A DNA stretch of 16,276 bases from positions 1 to 16,276 of the forward strand of contig JAGLRQ010000107.1 in NCBI GenBank assembly GCA_023136205.1, read 5' to 3'. The position numbers and the translations under genes are program-made. The stretch is from Candidatus Auribacterota bacterium (lineage in GTDB: Bacteria; Auribacterota; UBA6266). Positions within the stretch are counted from its first letter, which is position 1. Each line of letters begins with the position of its first letter. This document shows, piece after piece, positions 1 to 8,186 of this stretch. A model generated the notes under the pieces. It saw only the letters and a program-made list of their open reading frames with translations, searched no databases and was not told where the DNA came from.

Positions 1-698
1 ACGTTTCTAAAAAGAGGTTTTATCTTACCCGTGAAGACAACCCTTGTCAAGTCAGAACTGTACCCTTTATAAACAACACCCATATCGATGAGAATAATAT
101 CGTTTTCAAGAACTTTTCTTTTACTTTCATAATAATGGGGCATTGCTGAATTCGGGCCGCTTGCGACAATAACAGGGAAAGACGCGTTTTCAGCCTGTGA
201 CCTGTATATCAGGTTATCAATCCTGTTTTTAATTTCTTTTTCCGTTAGACCGGGTTTAATAAACCTGCGGATGTGGAGGAAAATGTCATCTGCTATTGTA
301 ACTGCTTTTCTTATTTTTTTAATTTCTTCTGCTGTTTTAACCGCCCTGAACTCTGCAATAATATCCCCGCAATCCTTGAAGCACAAGTTTTTTATTTTCT
401 TCCGGTAAGCTGACAGAGACGAACAGGTAAGATTTTTTCCGTTGTAACCAAGTGTTGCCCTTTTTAAATTTTTACACAGGAGTGAGATTGTTCCTGAAAC
501 ATCATCTGTTTCAAGGATTTTAAAGCCCTTTATATTCCTTCGCGCAATTAATGTATATCTGGAATCTGTAATAAAGAACGGTTTTGAGTAAAGCTTATGG
601 TATAGAATTACGGCACTTGTGCCGTTGAACCCGCATAGATACCTGATATTAGTCAGACTGGAAACAAGAAACGCACTTGTTTCGGAAATTTTTAGCAT
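1..698 (-). CDS. pepP: Xaa-Pro aminopeptidase / M24B metallopeptidase, partial (C-terminus lies beyond the left edge)
   Basis: Not in the supplied track because it runs off the edge. My own minus-strand translation from the ATG at 698-696 stays open to base 1: MLKISETSAFLVSSLTNIRYLCGFNGTSAVILY...AEFRAVKTAEEIKKIRKAVTIADDIF...ASFPVIVASGPNSAMPHYYESKRKVLENDIILIDMGVVYKGYSSDLTRVVFTG. This shows a creatinase/prolidase-type N-domain followed by the M24 pita-bread core pattern (H..., D-x-G-x-x-Y-x-G-Y-x-S-D-x-T-R). The start lies 17 nt after the aroQ stop. aroQ-pepP adjacency is common. Confidence 0.85.
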   Translation of the reverse strand, partial: MLKISETSAFLVSSLTNIRYLCGFNGTSAVILYHKLYSKPFFITDSRYTLIARRNIKGFKILETDDVSGTISLLCKNLKRATLGYNGKNLTCSSLSAYRKKIKNLCFKDCGDIIAEFRAVKTAEEIKKIRKAVTIADDIFLHIRRFIKPGLTEKEIKNRIDNLIYRSQAENASFPVIVASGPNSAMPHYYESKRKVLENDIILIDMGVVYKGYSSDLTRVVFTGKIKPLFRN

Positions 699-715
699 TT
701 TTTTTATGGTGGGCT

Positions 716-1150
716 TCACTTTTTAATAATATTTATCGCGGCAAGAAGTCCAAGGATATAGCTATACTCCCCGAAACCTGAAATCTGGCCTTCAACTGAG
801 GGAGCTGTGATGGATTTATGCCGAAACTCTTCTCTTTTATAAATATTTGACATATGAACTTCCACTACAGGTATCCTGATCGAGCTGATTGCATCTCTGA
901 TAGCGACACTTGTATGGGTATAAGCCGCGGGATTAATCACGATGGCATCATATTCTTTTTCCGATTTCCCTATTATATCAACTATTTCACCTTCATGGTT
1001 TGACTGAAAAAATGACAGGCCAACATTTTTCCCCCTGGCAGTTTCTTCCATTCTTTTAGTTATATCTTTCAGCGTTTTTTCCCCGTAGATATCTACTTCT
1101 CTTTGTCCGAGAAGATTCAGGTTAGGCCCGTTTATTACAAGAATTTTCAT
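716..1150 (-). CDS. aroQ: 3-dehydroquinate dehydratase, type II
   Basis: The 144-aa ORF carries the hallmark type II DHQase motifs: MKILVINGPNLNLLGQRE..IYG, HEGEIVD, INPAAYTHTSVAIRDA and VEVHMSNIYKREEFRHKS. It has an ATG start and an AGGAGAG Shine-Dalgarno 7 nt upstream. Confidence 0.95.
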   Translation of the reverse strand: MKILVINGPNLNLLGQREVDIYGEKTLKDITKRMEETARGKNVGLSFFQSNHEGEIVDIIGKSEKEYDAIVINPAAYTHTSVAIRDAISSIRIPVVEVHMSNIYKREEFRHKSITAPSVEGQISGFGEYSYILGLLAAINIIKK

Positions 1151-1157
1151 TTATAAG

Positions 1158-1164
1158 CTCTCCT
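1158..1164 (-). promoter_or_regulatory. Shine-Dalgarno sequence of aroQ (AGGAGAG, 7-nt spacer to ATG)
   Basis: Minus strand reads ...ATATAGGAGAGCTTATAAATG. Confidence 0.6.
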
Positions 1165-1252
1165 ATATCTTGTATTTAGTATGTAGTATTTCATATTTTA
1201 TCTGCGCTAATCCCCTGCTGTTTCGCTTCGCAAAACAAATCGCTGAGGACTA

Positions 1253-3259
1253 TCAGTCTGCGTCCAATTTTTTCTTTTTTAATTTTACTCTTCTAATTGC
1301 CTCTCTTGCCTCTTTGAGTTCCGGATCAAATTCAAGCGCTTTATTGAGGTTAGCAATGGCTTCCTGACTTCTGTCCAGCATATCATAAAACAGTCCCAGT
1401 TGTAGATAATAAAATCCCTTGGTCGGATAGGCTTCAACGGCTATTTTAAGTTCTTTTTCAATCTCATACATCGGGATGGACTGCCCCGCGTCTGCATATT
1501 GATTTTTGATACCCTTTGCCACCAGAAAATGATAAAAAGCCATGCTTGGTTCAAGTTCTGAAGCTTTTTTGTAGCTTACCAGTGCTTTCTCGTAATTGCG
1601 CAGCTCTTCAGAAACAACACCTCTGAAATGCCACAACTGAGGGTTGTCTGGGTCTACATCAATAGCCCTGTTAATAAGTTTTAAACCGGCAGATAATTTC
1701 TTTTCCTGTACCACTGCAATTGCCTGTTTATATAACTCATCCGAGTCTACAATAGCTTTTGAATATCTATAGCACAGGGCAAAGCCTATAAGGATCGCGA
1801 GGATTATTACTCCGCTCACATACCATTTTCTCTCTACGGGGAACCTGACAGACGGAACTTTTGATTTCGCGAGGACTATAGCCGCGAAGAAAAACATTGT
1901 TGAGCTGATACCCGGGACGTAGAGAACAAATTCGAAAAAGCTGTGTACAAGGATTCCAAAGAACCCAATAAAAATTGCAAACAAAAGTATGTTTTCACCA
2001 TCACGCAGATCAGAGCACTTTATCTTCCTTGCCATAGATAAAAATATTGTTAATATACAGCCTATATAAAAACAAAACCCCAGAAGGCCTGTTTCCGCGA
2101 GAATCTGGAGATAATCGTTGTGAGCCATCTGGGTTTCCTCGCCGTGAGGCAGTTTGTAACGTGGGTAAATTGACCCGAAGGCTCCCGGGCCAACCCCGAT
2201 CAACGGGCTTTCTTCGAGCATTTTTATTCCGGGAGGCCAGTAATTGATTCTGGCAAGAGCGGAAGCAACTGGTGATCCTAATTTATCACCTTTAACTTTA
2301 TAGAGGCCAATTGAAAAAAACGTAATCAAAAGGATAATAATTATCGCGGAAACAAAAGAAAATAGTTTTATTTTCTTGTCTTTCAAAAACAACAGCGAGA
2401 ATGATATGAAAAACAGAATTACCGCTGCAAAAGCAACTAATCCCCCTTTTGAAAATGTCAGGTAGAAGGAAACCAGGCATAGCAGCGGTGAAAGGATAAT
2501 ACCTCCCAAGGCAGGAAAGAATAACAGTGTGTTTTTTACAAAAATTAAAAATCCAAGGGTAATGCAGGCAGAAACACAAATAAAATAACAGTACCGGGCA
2601 ATCTTGCGGTTTATGATTGATTTGAGGGTCAATGAAATAATAACAGGGATGGTCAATACAAAGAAACCCGCCAGCGCGTTGGGGTAGATAAAAAATGAAA
2701 AGGTTCTGTTACCCGAGAGCCTTGAAATTAATTTTTCGGGCATGTGTTTTATTTGCCCGGTTTCTACAAGCCAATCTCTTGTTTCCTGAAGCCCAAAGAA
2801 ATACTGATAGAGCCCATAGAGGGCTACGAGAACTGCCGCGGTCATAAGGACATAGAGGATGTTCTCGATTTTTCTTTCACCTCTGAAAAAATTTGAAATC
2901 GAAAGGTAAATTATTATCCATGTTACAAGGTTTACCATCAGCGATCTTGCTTTCCAAGGTACTATAGAAAAATGTTTTGATATAAGCGCGATGACTAGAA
3001 ATCCAAGAAGGAATATAGCGGGAAGGTCAACATAGAAATCTGTTTTTCTGGTTATTGATTCAAAAAATACCAGAATCAATATACAAAACCATCCTATAAA
3101 AAAGGCGTGATTATACCGCGGAAAGACTATGCCGCTTACAAACAACCTTAAAAATACCGCCGCGGCAATTGAAATACAAATTGAAAGAGCCAAAACTTTC
3201 TGAGGCCGAAAGGTAAAGAAAGGATTGATTCTTTTTTCGGTAATTTTATTGCTTACCAT
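1253..3259 (-). CDS. O-antigen ligase/polymerase family (Wzy_C-type) polytopic membrane protein with a C-terminal TPR repeat domain
   Basis: The 668-aa ORF has about 500 aa of strongly hydrophobic multi-helix sequence containing the Wzy_C/O-antigen-ligase signature region (GEETQMAHNDYLQILAETGLLGF). The last ~150 aa are soluble, helical and TPR-like (LINRAIDVDPDNPQLWHFRGVV..., YEKALVSYKKASELEPS, QEAIANLNKALEFDPELKEA). ATG start, overlapping the upstream gene stop by 14 nt. Confidence 0.8.
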   Translation of the reverse strand: MVSNKITEKRINPFFTFRPQKVLALSICISIAAAVFLRLFVSGIVFPRYNHAFFIGWFCILILVFFESITRKTDFYVDLPAIFLLGFLVIALISKHFSIVPWKARSLMVNLVTWIIIYLSISNFFRGERKIENILYVLMTAAVLVALYGLYQYFFGLQETRDWLVETGQIKHMPEKLISRLSGNRTFSFFIYPNALAGFFVLTIPVIISLTLKSIINRKIARYCYFICVSACITLGFLIFVKNTLLFFPALGGIILSPLLCLVSFYLTFSKGGLVAFAAVILFFISFSLLFLKDKKIKLFSFVSAIIIILLITFFSIGLYKVKGDKLGSPVASALARINYWPPGIKMLEESPLIGVGPGAFGSIYPRYKLPHGEETQMAHNDYLQILAETGLLGFCFYIGCILTIFLSMARKIKCSDLRDGENILLFAIFIGFFGILVHSFFEFVLYVPGISSTMFFFAAIVLAKSKVPSVRFPVERKWYVSGVIILAILIGFALCYRYSKAIVDSDELYKQAIAVVQEKKLSAGLKLINRAIDVDPDNPQLWHFRGVVSEELRNYEKALVSYKKASELEPSMAFYHFLVAKGIKNQYADAGQSIPMYEIEKELKIAVEAYPTKGFYYLQLGLFYDMLDRSQEAIANLNKALEFDPELKEAREAIRRVKLKKKKLDAD

Positions 3260-4343
3260 TTTTTGAACCGAAATATTCCAGGATTGATATTATAAAAAGA
3301 ATTAGAATAACCTGAGACATTATCAAAAGTGCCGAACAAGTATTGTCAACTTCCGGAAGAACTATGGCCGCTATACCCGTACAAAGGCAGATTATATAAA
3401 TAAACGTTATCGCTGTTTTGTACGAAAGCCCGAGGCGCATCAGCCTGTGAGAAAAGTGGTTCTTATCAGGTGCGAAAATTGAAACGCCTTTATAAATGCG
3501 TACAGCGATAACAGTTACCGTATCGTATAACGGAACCGCCAGGACAAGAATCGGCATTAGTATTGGAAACAAGGTATAGCTTTCCTGAGTGTAATATGTG
3601 CCCAGGATTGTAAAGACAGCCAGCATATATCCGAGAAACATGCTTCCCGCGTCACCCATGAATATTGAAGCAGGGTTAAAATTAAACATGAGAAACCCCA
3701 GAATACATCCCGCGAATATAAACAGCATTGATGAAATAAAGAGCTCCCCCATCCTTACTGAAATAAATATGAACGTTAAAGCTGAAACCAATGCAACCCC
3801 GGCGGATAAACCATCAGCATTGTCAAGAAGATTAAATGAGTTTATAACCAGTAAAAACCAGAAGTATGTAACGAGATATGAATAAAAAGTATTTCCTAGA
3901 AAAAGGCTGAGCCTTACCCCAAATATAATCGGCACGGAAGCAGCTACCAGCTGCAGGATTATTTTGGAAGAAGGTTTTATATTATATTTGTCATCATACA
4001 AACCTCCGATAACAATTATAAGGCCTCCCCCAAAGATAGCCGCAAGCAGTTTGAGTTTTTTTAACATTCCCGGCAGGTTCGGGATAAAATAAGTGTTTAA
4101 AGAAGGTATAAAGTTGAACTTCGAGTTTAACAGGACAAAGATTATACAACCCGCGGTAACAAGCAAAACTGACAGGTAAATTGCTGCGCCGCCCATAAGA
4201 GGGACTTTATCCGTGCTGAGTTTTTTAAAAGAATGAATATTGACAAACCCGGTTTTTATAGCAAGGGATCTAAACAATAAAGTAAGTATGATGCAGGTAA
4301 ATCCTGAAACCGCAAACAGCGCAAACAGTTCTTTTATCGGCAT
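3246..4343 (-). CDS. Polyprenyl-phosphate HexNAc-1-phosphate transferase, MraY/WecA family (initiating enzyme)
   Basis: The 365-aa polytopic ORF has the family motifs NSFNLLDNADGLSAG and FMGDAGSMFLGY. ATG start, overlapping the upstream GT stop by 10 nt (ATGCCGATAA). Confidence 0.88.
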   Translation of the reverse strand: MPIKELFALFAVSGFTCIILTLLFRSLAIKTGFVNIHSFKKLSTDKVPLMGGAAIYLSVLLVTAGCIIFVLLNSKFNFIPSLNTYFIPNLPGMLKKLKLLAAIFGGGLIIVIGGLYDDKYNIKPSSKIILQLVAASVPIIFGVRLSLFLGNTFYSYLVTYFWFLLVINSFNLLDNADGLSAGVALVSALTFIFISVRMGELFISSMLFIFAGCILGFLMFNFNPASIFMGDAGSMFLGYMLAVFTILGTYYTQESYTLFPILMPILVLAVPLYDTVTVIAVRIYKGVSIFAPDKNHFSHRLMRLGLSYKTAITFIYIICLCTGIAAIVLPEVDNTCSALLIMSQVILILFIISILEYFGSKNGKQ

Positions 4344-5497
4344 AATAACTCCATATACAGTTTCTCTATCTCGTCCACCATGTAATTCTTATCAAAATAA
4401 GGTATAATTAATTTTTTCCCCTGTTCTCCCATTCTTTCACATAATTTTTTATTTTCAACAAGTTTTTCAAGCGCCTTATATAAACCATTTGAATCTTTCG
4501 GCCGAACAAGGCAGCCGGTTATATCATTTTTCACAACTTCCCGCGCGCCATCCACATCAAACGACACGATAGGTTTTTTACACGCGAATGACTGCGGTAT
4601 AACTTTTGCCAGGCCTTCCCTTAACGAAACATGCACAATAATATCAGAGGCTCTTATGTACTCAGGTATTTTAGATGGATGTACAAGCCCCGCAAAAATT
4701 ATTTTATCCGAAATGCCTAAGTTCTTCGCCATGTTAACAAACCTATCTTTCAAAATTCCGTCTCCGACCAGCAGAAGGTAGATATTTTTGTGCCGTCTTG
4801 CCAGTTTTGCAAAAGCGTCAAATACATATTCGTGCCCTTTAAGCTCAAAGAGCCTTGCTATTTTGCATATTACGACAGCATCTATGGGTATTTTCAAAGC
4901 CTTACGTAACTGTTTTTCACCGCCTCCGGAGTTAAAATAACTATTAAGATCAAACCCGCTTCTGATAACCCTGTATAGTTCCCTTTTTGAGACTCTGGCT
5001 GCAATGGATTGTTCGGTCATTGCCTCCGAAACAGTAATAAAGTAATCAGTAAACCTGTCAACAAATCTCTCACAGGATTTATAGAAAATATTGGATAATT
5101 TGCTTTGATATTTATGATATGGAAGCCCGTGTATAGTATGAATGACAAGTCTTACCCCTGCAAGTTTTGCGGCAATTCTTGCGAGTATTCCCGCTTTTGA
5201 ACTGTGAGTATGAACTATATCGTATTTTTCACGCTTGAAAATATTCAGAAGCTTAAAGAAAGCGATTGTATCCAGAAAAGGGTTTACAGCCCTTTTCATT
5301 GAAGGTATAAGAATGATTTTTACCGAGGCTTTTTCAGCTTCAACAAACAGCGTTCCTTCAGGGCCCACAGCAGGCCCGGTAATAAGGGTAACATCGTATC
5401 CTTTTTTCATTAATCCTTCGACTGTGTAAAAGGTATTCTCCTGCGCCCCGCCTATGATAAGGCGCGTGATTATATGAGCTATTTTAGGTTTTTTCAA
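4334..5497 (-). CDS. Glycosyltransferase, GT-B fold / family 4-like
   Basis: The N-terminus KIAHIITRLIIGGAQENT is a typical GT4 Gly-rich start. The C-terminal half has HVSLREGLAKVIPQSFACKKPIVSFDVDGAREVV (E-x7-E-like region). The track start at 5512 is TTG with no SD. A second in-frame TTG at 5497 is preceded by GAGGAA with a 7-nt spacer and gives MKKPKIAHII, so 5497 is preferred. 5512 remains possible. Confidence 0.85.
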   Translation of the reverse strand: MKKPKIAHIITRLIIGGAQENTFYTVEGLMKKGYDVTLITGPAVGPEGTLFVEAEKASVKIILIPSMKRAVNPFLDTIAFFKLLNIFKREKYDIVHTHSSKAGILARIAAKLAGVRLVIHTIHGLPYHKYQSKLSNIFYKSCERFVDRFTDYFITVSEAMTEQSIAARVSKRELYRVIRSGFDLNSYFNSGGGEKQLRKALKIPIDAVVICKIARLFELKGHEYVFDAFAKLARRHKNIYLLLVGDGILKDRFVNMAKNLGISDKIIFAGLVHPSKIPEYIRASDIIVHVSLREGLAKVIPQSFACKKPIVSFDVDGAREVVKNDITGCLVRPKDSNGLYKALEKLVENKKLCERMGEQGKKLIIPYFDKNYMVDEIEKLYMELLCR

Positions 5498-6593
5498 GAT
5501 AGAGTTCCTCAAATTTTGGGATAATGTGCTCCCATGAGAACCTTTTTACCCTCTCCCCCGCGAGATCTCCCATAGCAGTTCTTTCAGCAGGATCCCTGCA
5601 CAACCTGATGATTTTATCTGCCAGTTCTATGGAGTTTGCGGGTTCAATCAGGAATCCGGTTTCACTATCATCTACAATATCACTCAAGCCATCAATCTTT
5701 GATGCTATAACCGGTTTCCCGCATGCCATCGCTTCAGCAGCAGAAATCCCAAATCCTTCCCACAGAGAAGGCATTACAAAAATATCCAGGCTGTGTAAAA
5801 AGGATTTAACATTCTTAACAAAACCCAGGAGGCGGAACTTCTTTTCAAGCCCTGCGTTTTTAATCCTCAACTGAAGTTTCTTTTTGAGCGGGCCCGACCC
5901 CCCTACCAGGAAAACCGCGTCAGGGCGATATTTTATCACCTCGCATGCGGCCTCAATTAGGTATTTATGGCCTTTTTGTTCGTGAAGGTGCCCCAATGCG
6001 CCAATTACAATATTGCTTTCAACACCCAGTAATTTTCTGTAATTTGCTGTGTTTATGCCGGAATCAGTAAAACTTTCAACTTTAACACAATTATGGATCA
6101 CATCGACTTTACCTTCCGCGAGCCCAATATTTTCCACAAGAAATTCTTTAACACCGTTTGAAGCCGCTACAATTTTAGTAGTGCTGCCGGAGAGTGTTTT
6201 CTCCAATAATCTGTAAGGCAGTCTTTGTTTAAAATCATATCTGTTTTGCTCTGAGGATATTATTTTTCCAGCATTAGCCAATTTCGCAGCAATCCTGCCA
6301 TAAATCTGGGAAAGGACAAGATGGGTATGCACAACATCGGGTTTTGAGGTTTCAATAATATTTTTTAATTTAGGAAGCACTGATATATCATAATTGCCCT
6401 TCATGGCAATTACATAACATTTGAGCCCCTTTCTCTCTGCAAAATCCTTTAGATAGGTGCTCTTATCTTTTCTTCTATCAAGGAATATTACTTCCTGTTT
6501 AAACTTATCTCTGTTAATTTTATCAATGAGGAGTTCCAGCAACTTTTCATTACCGCCAATATCAAAACTGTTTATAACATGAATAATCTTCAT
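5484..6593 (-). CDS. Glycosyltransferase, GT4 family
   Basis: The 369-aa ORF with an ATG start begins MKIIHVINSFDIGGNEK and contains MPSLWEGFGISAAEAMACGKPVIASKIDGLSDIV, the canonical GT4 donor-binding region. Its first ~55 codons are duplicated as a relic at 8187-8356. Confidence 0.9.
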   Translation of the reverse strand: MKIIHVINSFDIGGNEKLLELLIDKINRDKFKQEVIFLDRRKDKSTYLKDFAERKGLKCYVIAMKGNYDISVLPKLKNIIETSKPDVVHTHLVLSQIYGRIAAKLANAGKIISSEQNRYDFKQRLPYRLLEKTLSGSTTKIVAASNGVKEFLVENIGLAEGKVDVIHNCVKVESFTDSGINTANYRKLLGVESNIVIGALGHLHEQKGHKYLIEAACEVIKYRPDAVFLVGGSGPLKKKLQLRIKNAGLEKKFRLLGFVKNVKSFLHSLDIFVMPSLWEGFGISAAEAMACGKPVIASKIDGLSDIVDDSETGFLIEPANSIELADKIIRLCRDPAERTAMGDLAGERVKRFSWEHIIPKFEELYLEKT

Positions 6594-6596
6594 AAT
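6431..6596. repeat. Direct repeat, copy A (functional GT 5' end); partner is 8187-8356
   Basis: 6478-6596 aligns without gaps to 8238-8356 (offset exactly 1760 nt), with 100 of 119 positions identical by hand count. This includes a perfect 33-mer (6478-6510 = 8238-8270). After a 10-versus-12-nt unalignable patch, 6431-6467 aligns to 8189-8225 with 29 of 37 identical. Confidence 0.9.
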
Positions 6597-6602
6597 TTTT
6601 CT

Positions 6603-6782
6603 TTATTTTCTTGGCAACAATTCAATGCCTGTGATGTCTGCCTTCTTTTCCAGCTTGATCTGTTCTCCAAGAGCTCCAGCGCTACAACCTACATCAAAAA
6701 TCTTTTCCGCATTGGTAGGGAGTAAATTTCGAATATCGCTTCGCTTGCCAACACAAGATGGATTGAAATCATAAAGTTCCAT
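6603..6782 (-). pseudogene. Truncated class I SAM-dependent methyltransferase (N-terminal 59 codons only)
   Basis: MELYDFNPSCVGKRSDIRNLLPTNAEKIFDVGCSAGALGEQIKLEKKADITGIELLPRK* aligns residue for residue with the N-terminus of the intact 219-aa methyltransferase at 11641-12300 (MDIRDLNPSYIGQRPDIERLVSPNAKTILDIGCSTGTLGAAIKARTGARVFGIEL...). About 26 of 55 positions are identical. The fragment keeps SAM motif I (DVGCSAG) but stops just after it, 9 nt before the next gene's ATG. The track start at 6791 is GTG. The ATG at 6782 matches the homologue's start. Confidence 0.75.
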
Positions 6783-6787
6783 AATTC

Positions 6788-8185
6788 TCACTTCGTTTTA
6801 AAAAATTTCTTTTTCGAATATCGCAGTAATGCTTCTCTCTTATTTTCTACTTTACTAAATTTTGAAACTAATTTTTGTATTTTGTGAATATATAGCAGTG
6901 GCTTGATTCTAAACCTCCTTTTGTTTTTCAGGCTAATATCCCGAGATCTAGCGAACATTTTCTTATATTTCCTAATGCGTTCTATCAGCTTATCATCTAT
7001 CCAGGGAACTGTAGGAACATCCAGATAGAACTCACCCCAATCTTTAAGTGAGCCAGGTTCCTCAAAGCCCATCTTTAGCGATAAATCAAATAAAGGAGTG
7101 CCGGGATAGGGCGTATAGAGAAAGAGCAGTAATTCACTTGCGGGAATCTTTTCCCTAAAAGTATCTATCAGTTTGAAGGTTTCTTCAATATCTTCCTGTG
7201 TTTCGCCTGGGACCCCCACCATCATTGAAAAAGAAGGTATTATATTAAACCTATGGCAGAGATTGCCAAATTCCAATATCATCTCCGGCGTAATTCCTTT
7301 ATTTAATCTATCCAATGTTGCTTGAGCGCCGGATTCAGCCCCTACCAAGAGTCGTTTACAGCCTGACCTATCCAGCATTTCCCACTCTTCTGTCTCAAGA
7401 TTACAAAGTACATCTATCCTTGTATCTGAAGACCAATTTATTTTAATATTACTTCTAAGCAATTGGTTGGCAAATTCTAATGCCCTCTTCTTTCCTATAA
7501 AAAAGTTGTCATCGTCAAAATGCACACCATCAATAAAATATCTTCCCACACTATAATCAATAAGATCTACAACGCTTTCAATGCACCATCCGCTGTATTT
7601 CCTGCCATAAACCGAATTAATGGCACAAAACTTGCAGCCAAACGGACAACCCTGTTGTGTATATAAAGAGATTGTGCGCGGGCTCACATAAGGAATAATA
7701 TATCTTTCCATATTTCTAATCAGATCAAAGTTGTAAACAGGAAACTTGCTTTTGTCTATATATTCATAAGCAATTATATCGTCTGTCTTTTTCCCATTTT
7801 TAAGGCTTTCGACTATATCACAAAAAGCCTGTTCACCCTGTCCCACAATAACTTTATCTACATACTCATTCTCTAATGTCTGTTCAGGCTTTAAAGAAGG
7901 ATGCCACCCGCCCCATATAAGAGGAACACCGGGATTGATAGATCGAATCACTTGGGCTACTTCTAAAGAAGACTTTATATATGTGCCTGTAATAGTGCTA
8001 ATCCCCACACAGATTGCATTTTTGATTTCATCCCTATGCTTCCTCCATACCAAACCTGGCGTAGCTTCGTCTAAGATTAAAACCTCGTTATCCAAATTTG
8101 TGGCAAGAGACAGTAGTGCATGAGGCAAGCGTCCGTGTGAACCGCCGGCTCTTATCAAAATTACCTTTTTCCCCTTCTTAAACAT
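6788..8185 (-). CDS. B12-binding domain-containing radical SAM protein (class B radical SAM, candidate methylase)
   Basis: The CxxxCxxC cluster QQGCPFGCKFCAINSVYG has its Cys codons at 7646-7648, 7634-7636 and 7625-7627. The N-terminal flavodoxin-like cobalamin-binding-type domain reads KVILIRAGG...GISTITGTYIKSSLEVAQVIRSINPGVPLIWGGWHPS. The downstream radical SAM core includes LLVGAESGAQATLDRLNKG. The track start at 8200 is TTG. The ATG at 8185 is preceded by GGAGAGG plus a 4-nt spacer and gives MFKKGKKVILI, a 465-aa protein. Confidence 0.88.
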   Translation of the reverse strand: MFKKGKKVILIRAGGSHGRLPHALLSLATNLDNEVLILDEATPGLVWRKHRDEIKNAICVGISTITGTYIKSSLEVAQVIRSINPGVPLIWGGWHPSLKPEQTLENEYVDKVIVGQGEQAFCDIVESLKNGKKTDDIIAYEYIDKSKFPVYNFDLIRNMERYIIPYVSPRTISLYTQQGCPFGCKFCAINSVYGRKYSGWCIESVVDLIDYSVGRYFIDGVHFDDDNFFIGKKRALEFANQLLRSNIKINWSSDTRIDVLCNLETEEWEMLDRSGCKRLLVGAESGAQATLDRLNKGITPEMILEFGNLCHRFNIIPSFSMMVGVPGETQEDIEETFKLIDTFREKIPASELLLFLYTPYPGTPLFDLSLKMGFEEPGSLKDWGEFYLDVPTVPWIDDKLIERIRKYKKMFARSRDISLKNKRRFRIKPLLYIHKIQKLVSKFSKVENKREALLRYSKKKFFKTK

Positions 8186-8186
8186 T

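Noticed and set aside
1147-1194. 15-codon ORF (MKYYILNTRYRRAYK) upstream of aroQ, ending in an ATGA overlap with the aroQ start.
   Set aside because: There is no SD upstream of its ATG. The ATGA ending is automatic because aroQ starts ATG-AAA. At this length it is indistinguishable from chance.
1220-1236. Small hairpin (GUUUUGC-GAA-GCGAAAC on the transcript) after the Wzy_C-TPR stop, considered as an intrinsic terminator.
   Set aside because: It has only 7 bp including a G-U pair, a minimal 3-nt loop, and no downstream U-tract. It is not a credible rho-independent terminator.
2298-2579. 93-aa minus-strand ORF inside the Wzy_C-TPR gene, and a 79-aa ORF (15682-15921) inside rmlD.
   Set aside because: These are alternative frames of genes whose main frames carry strong family signatures. 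They have no independent support.
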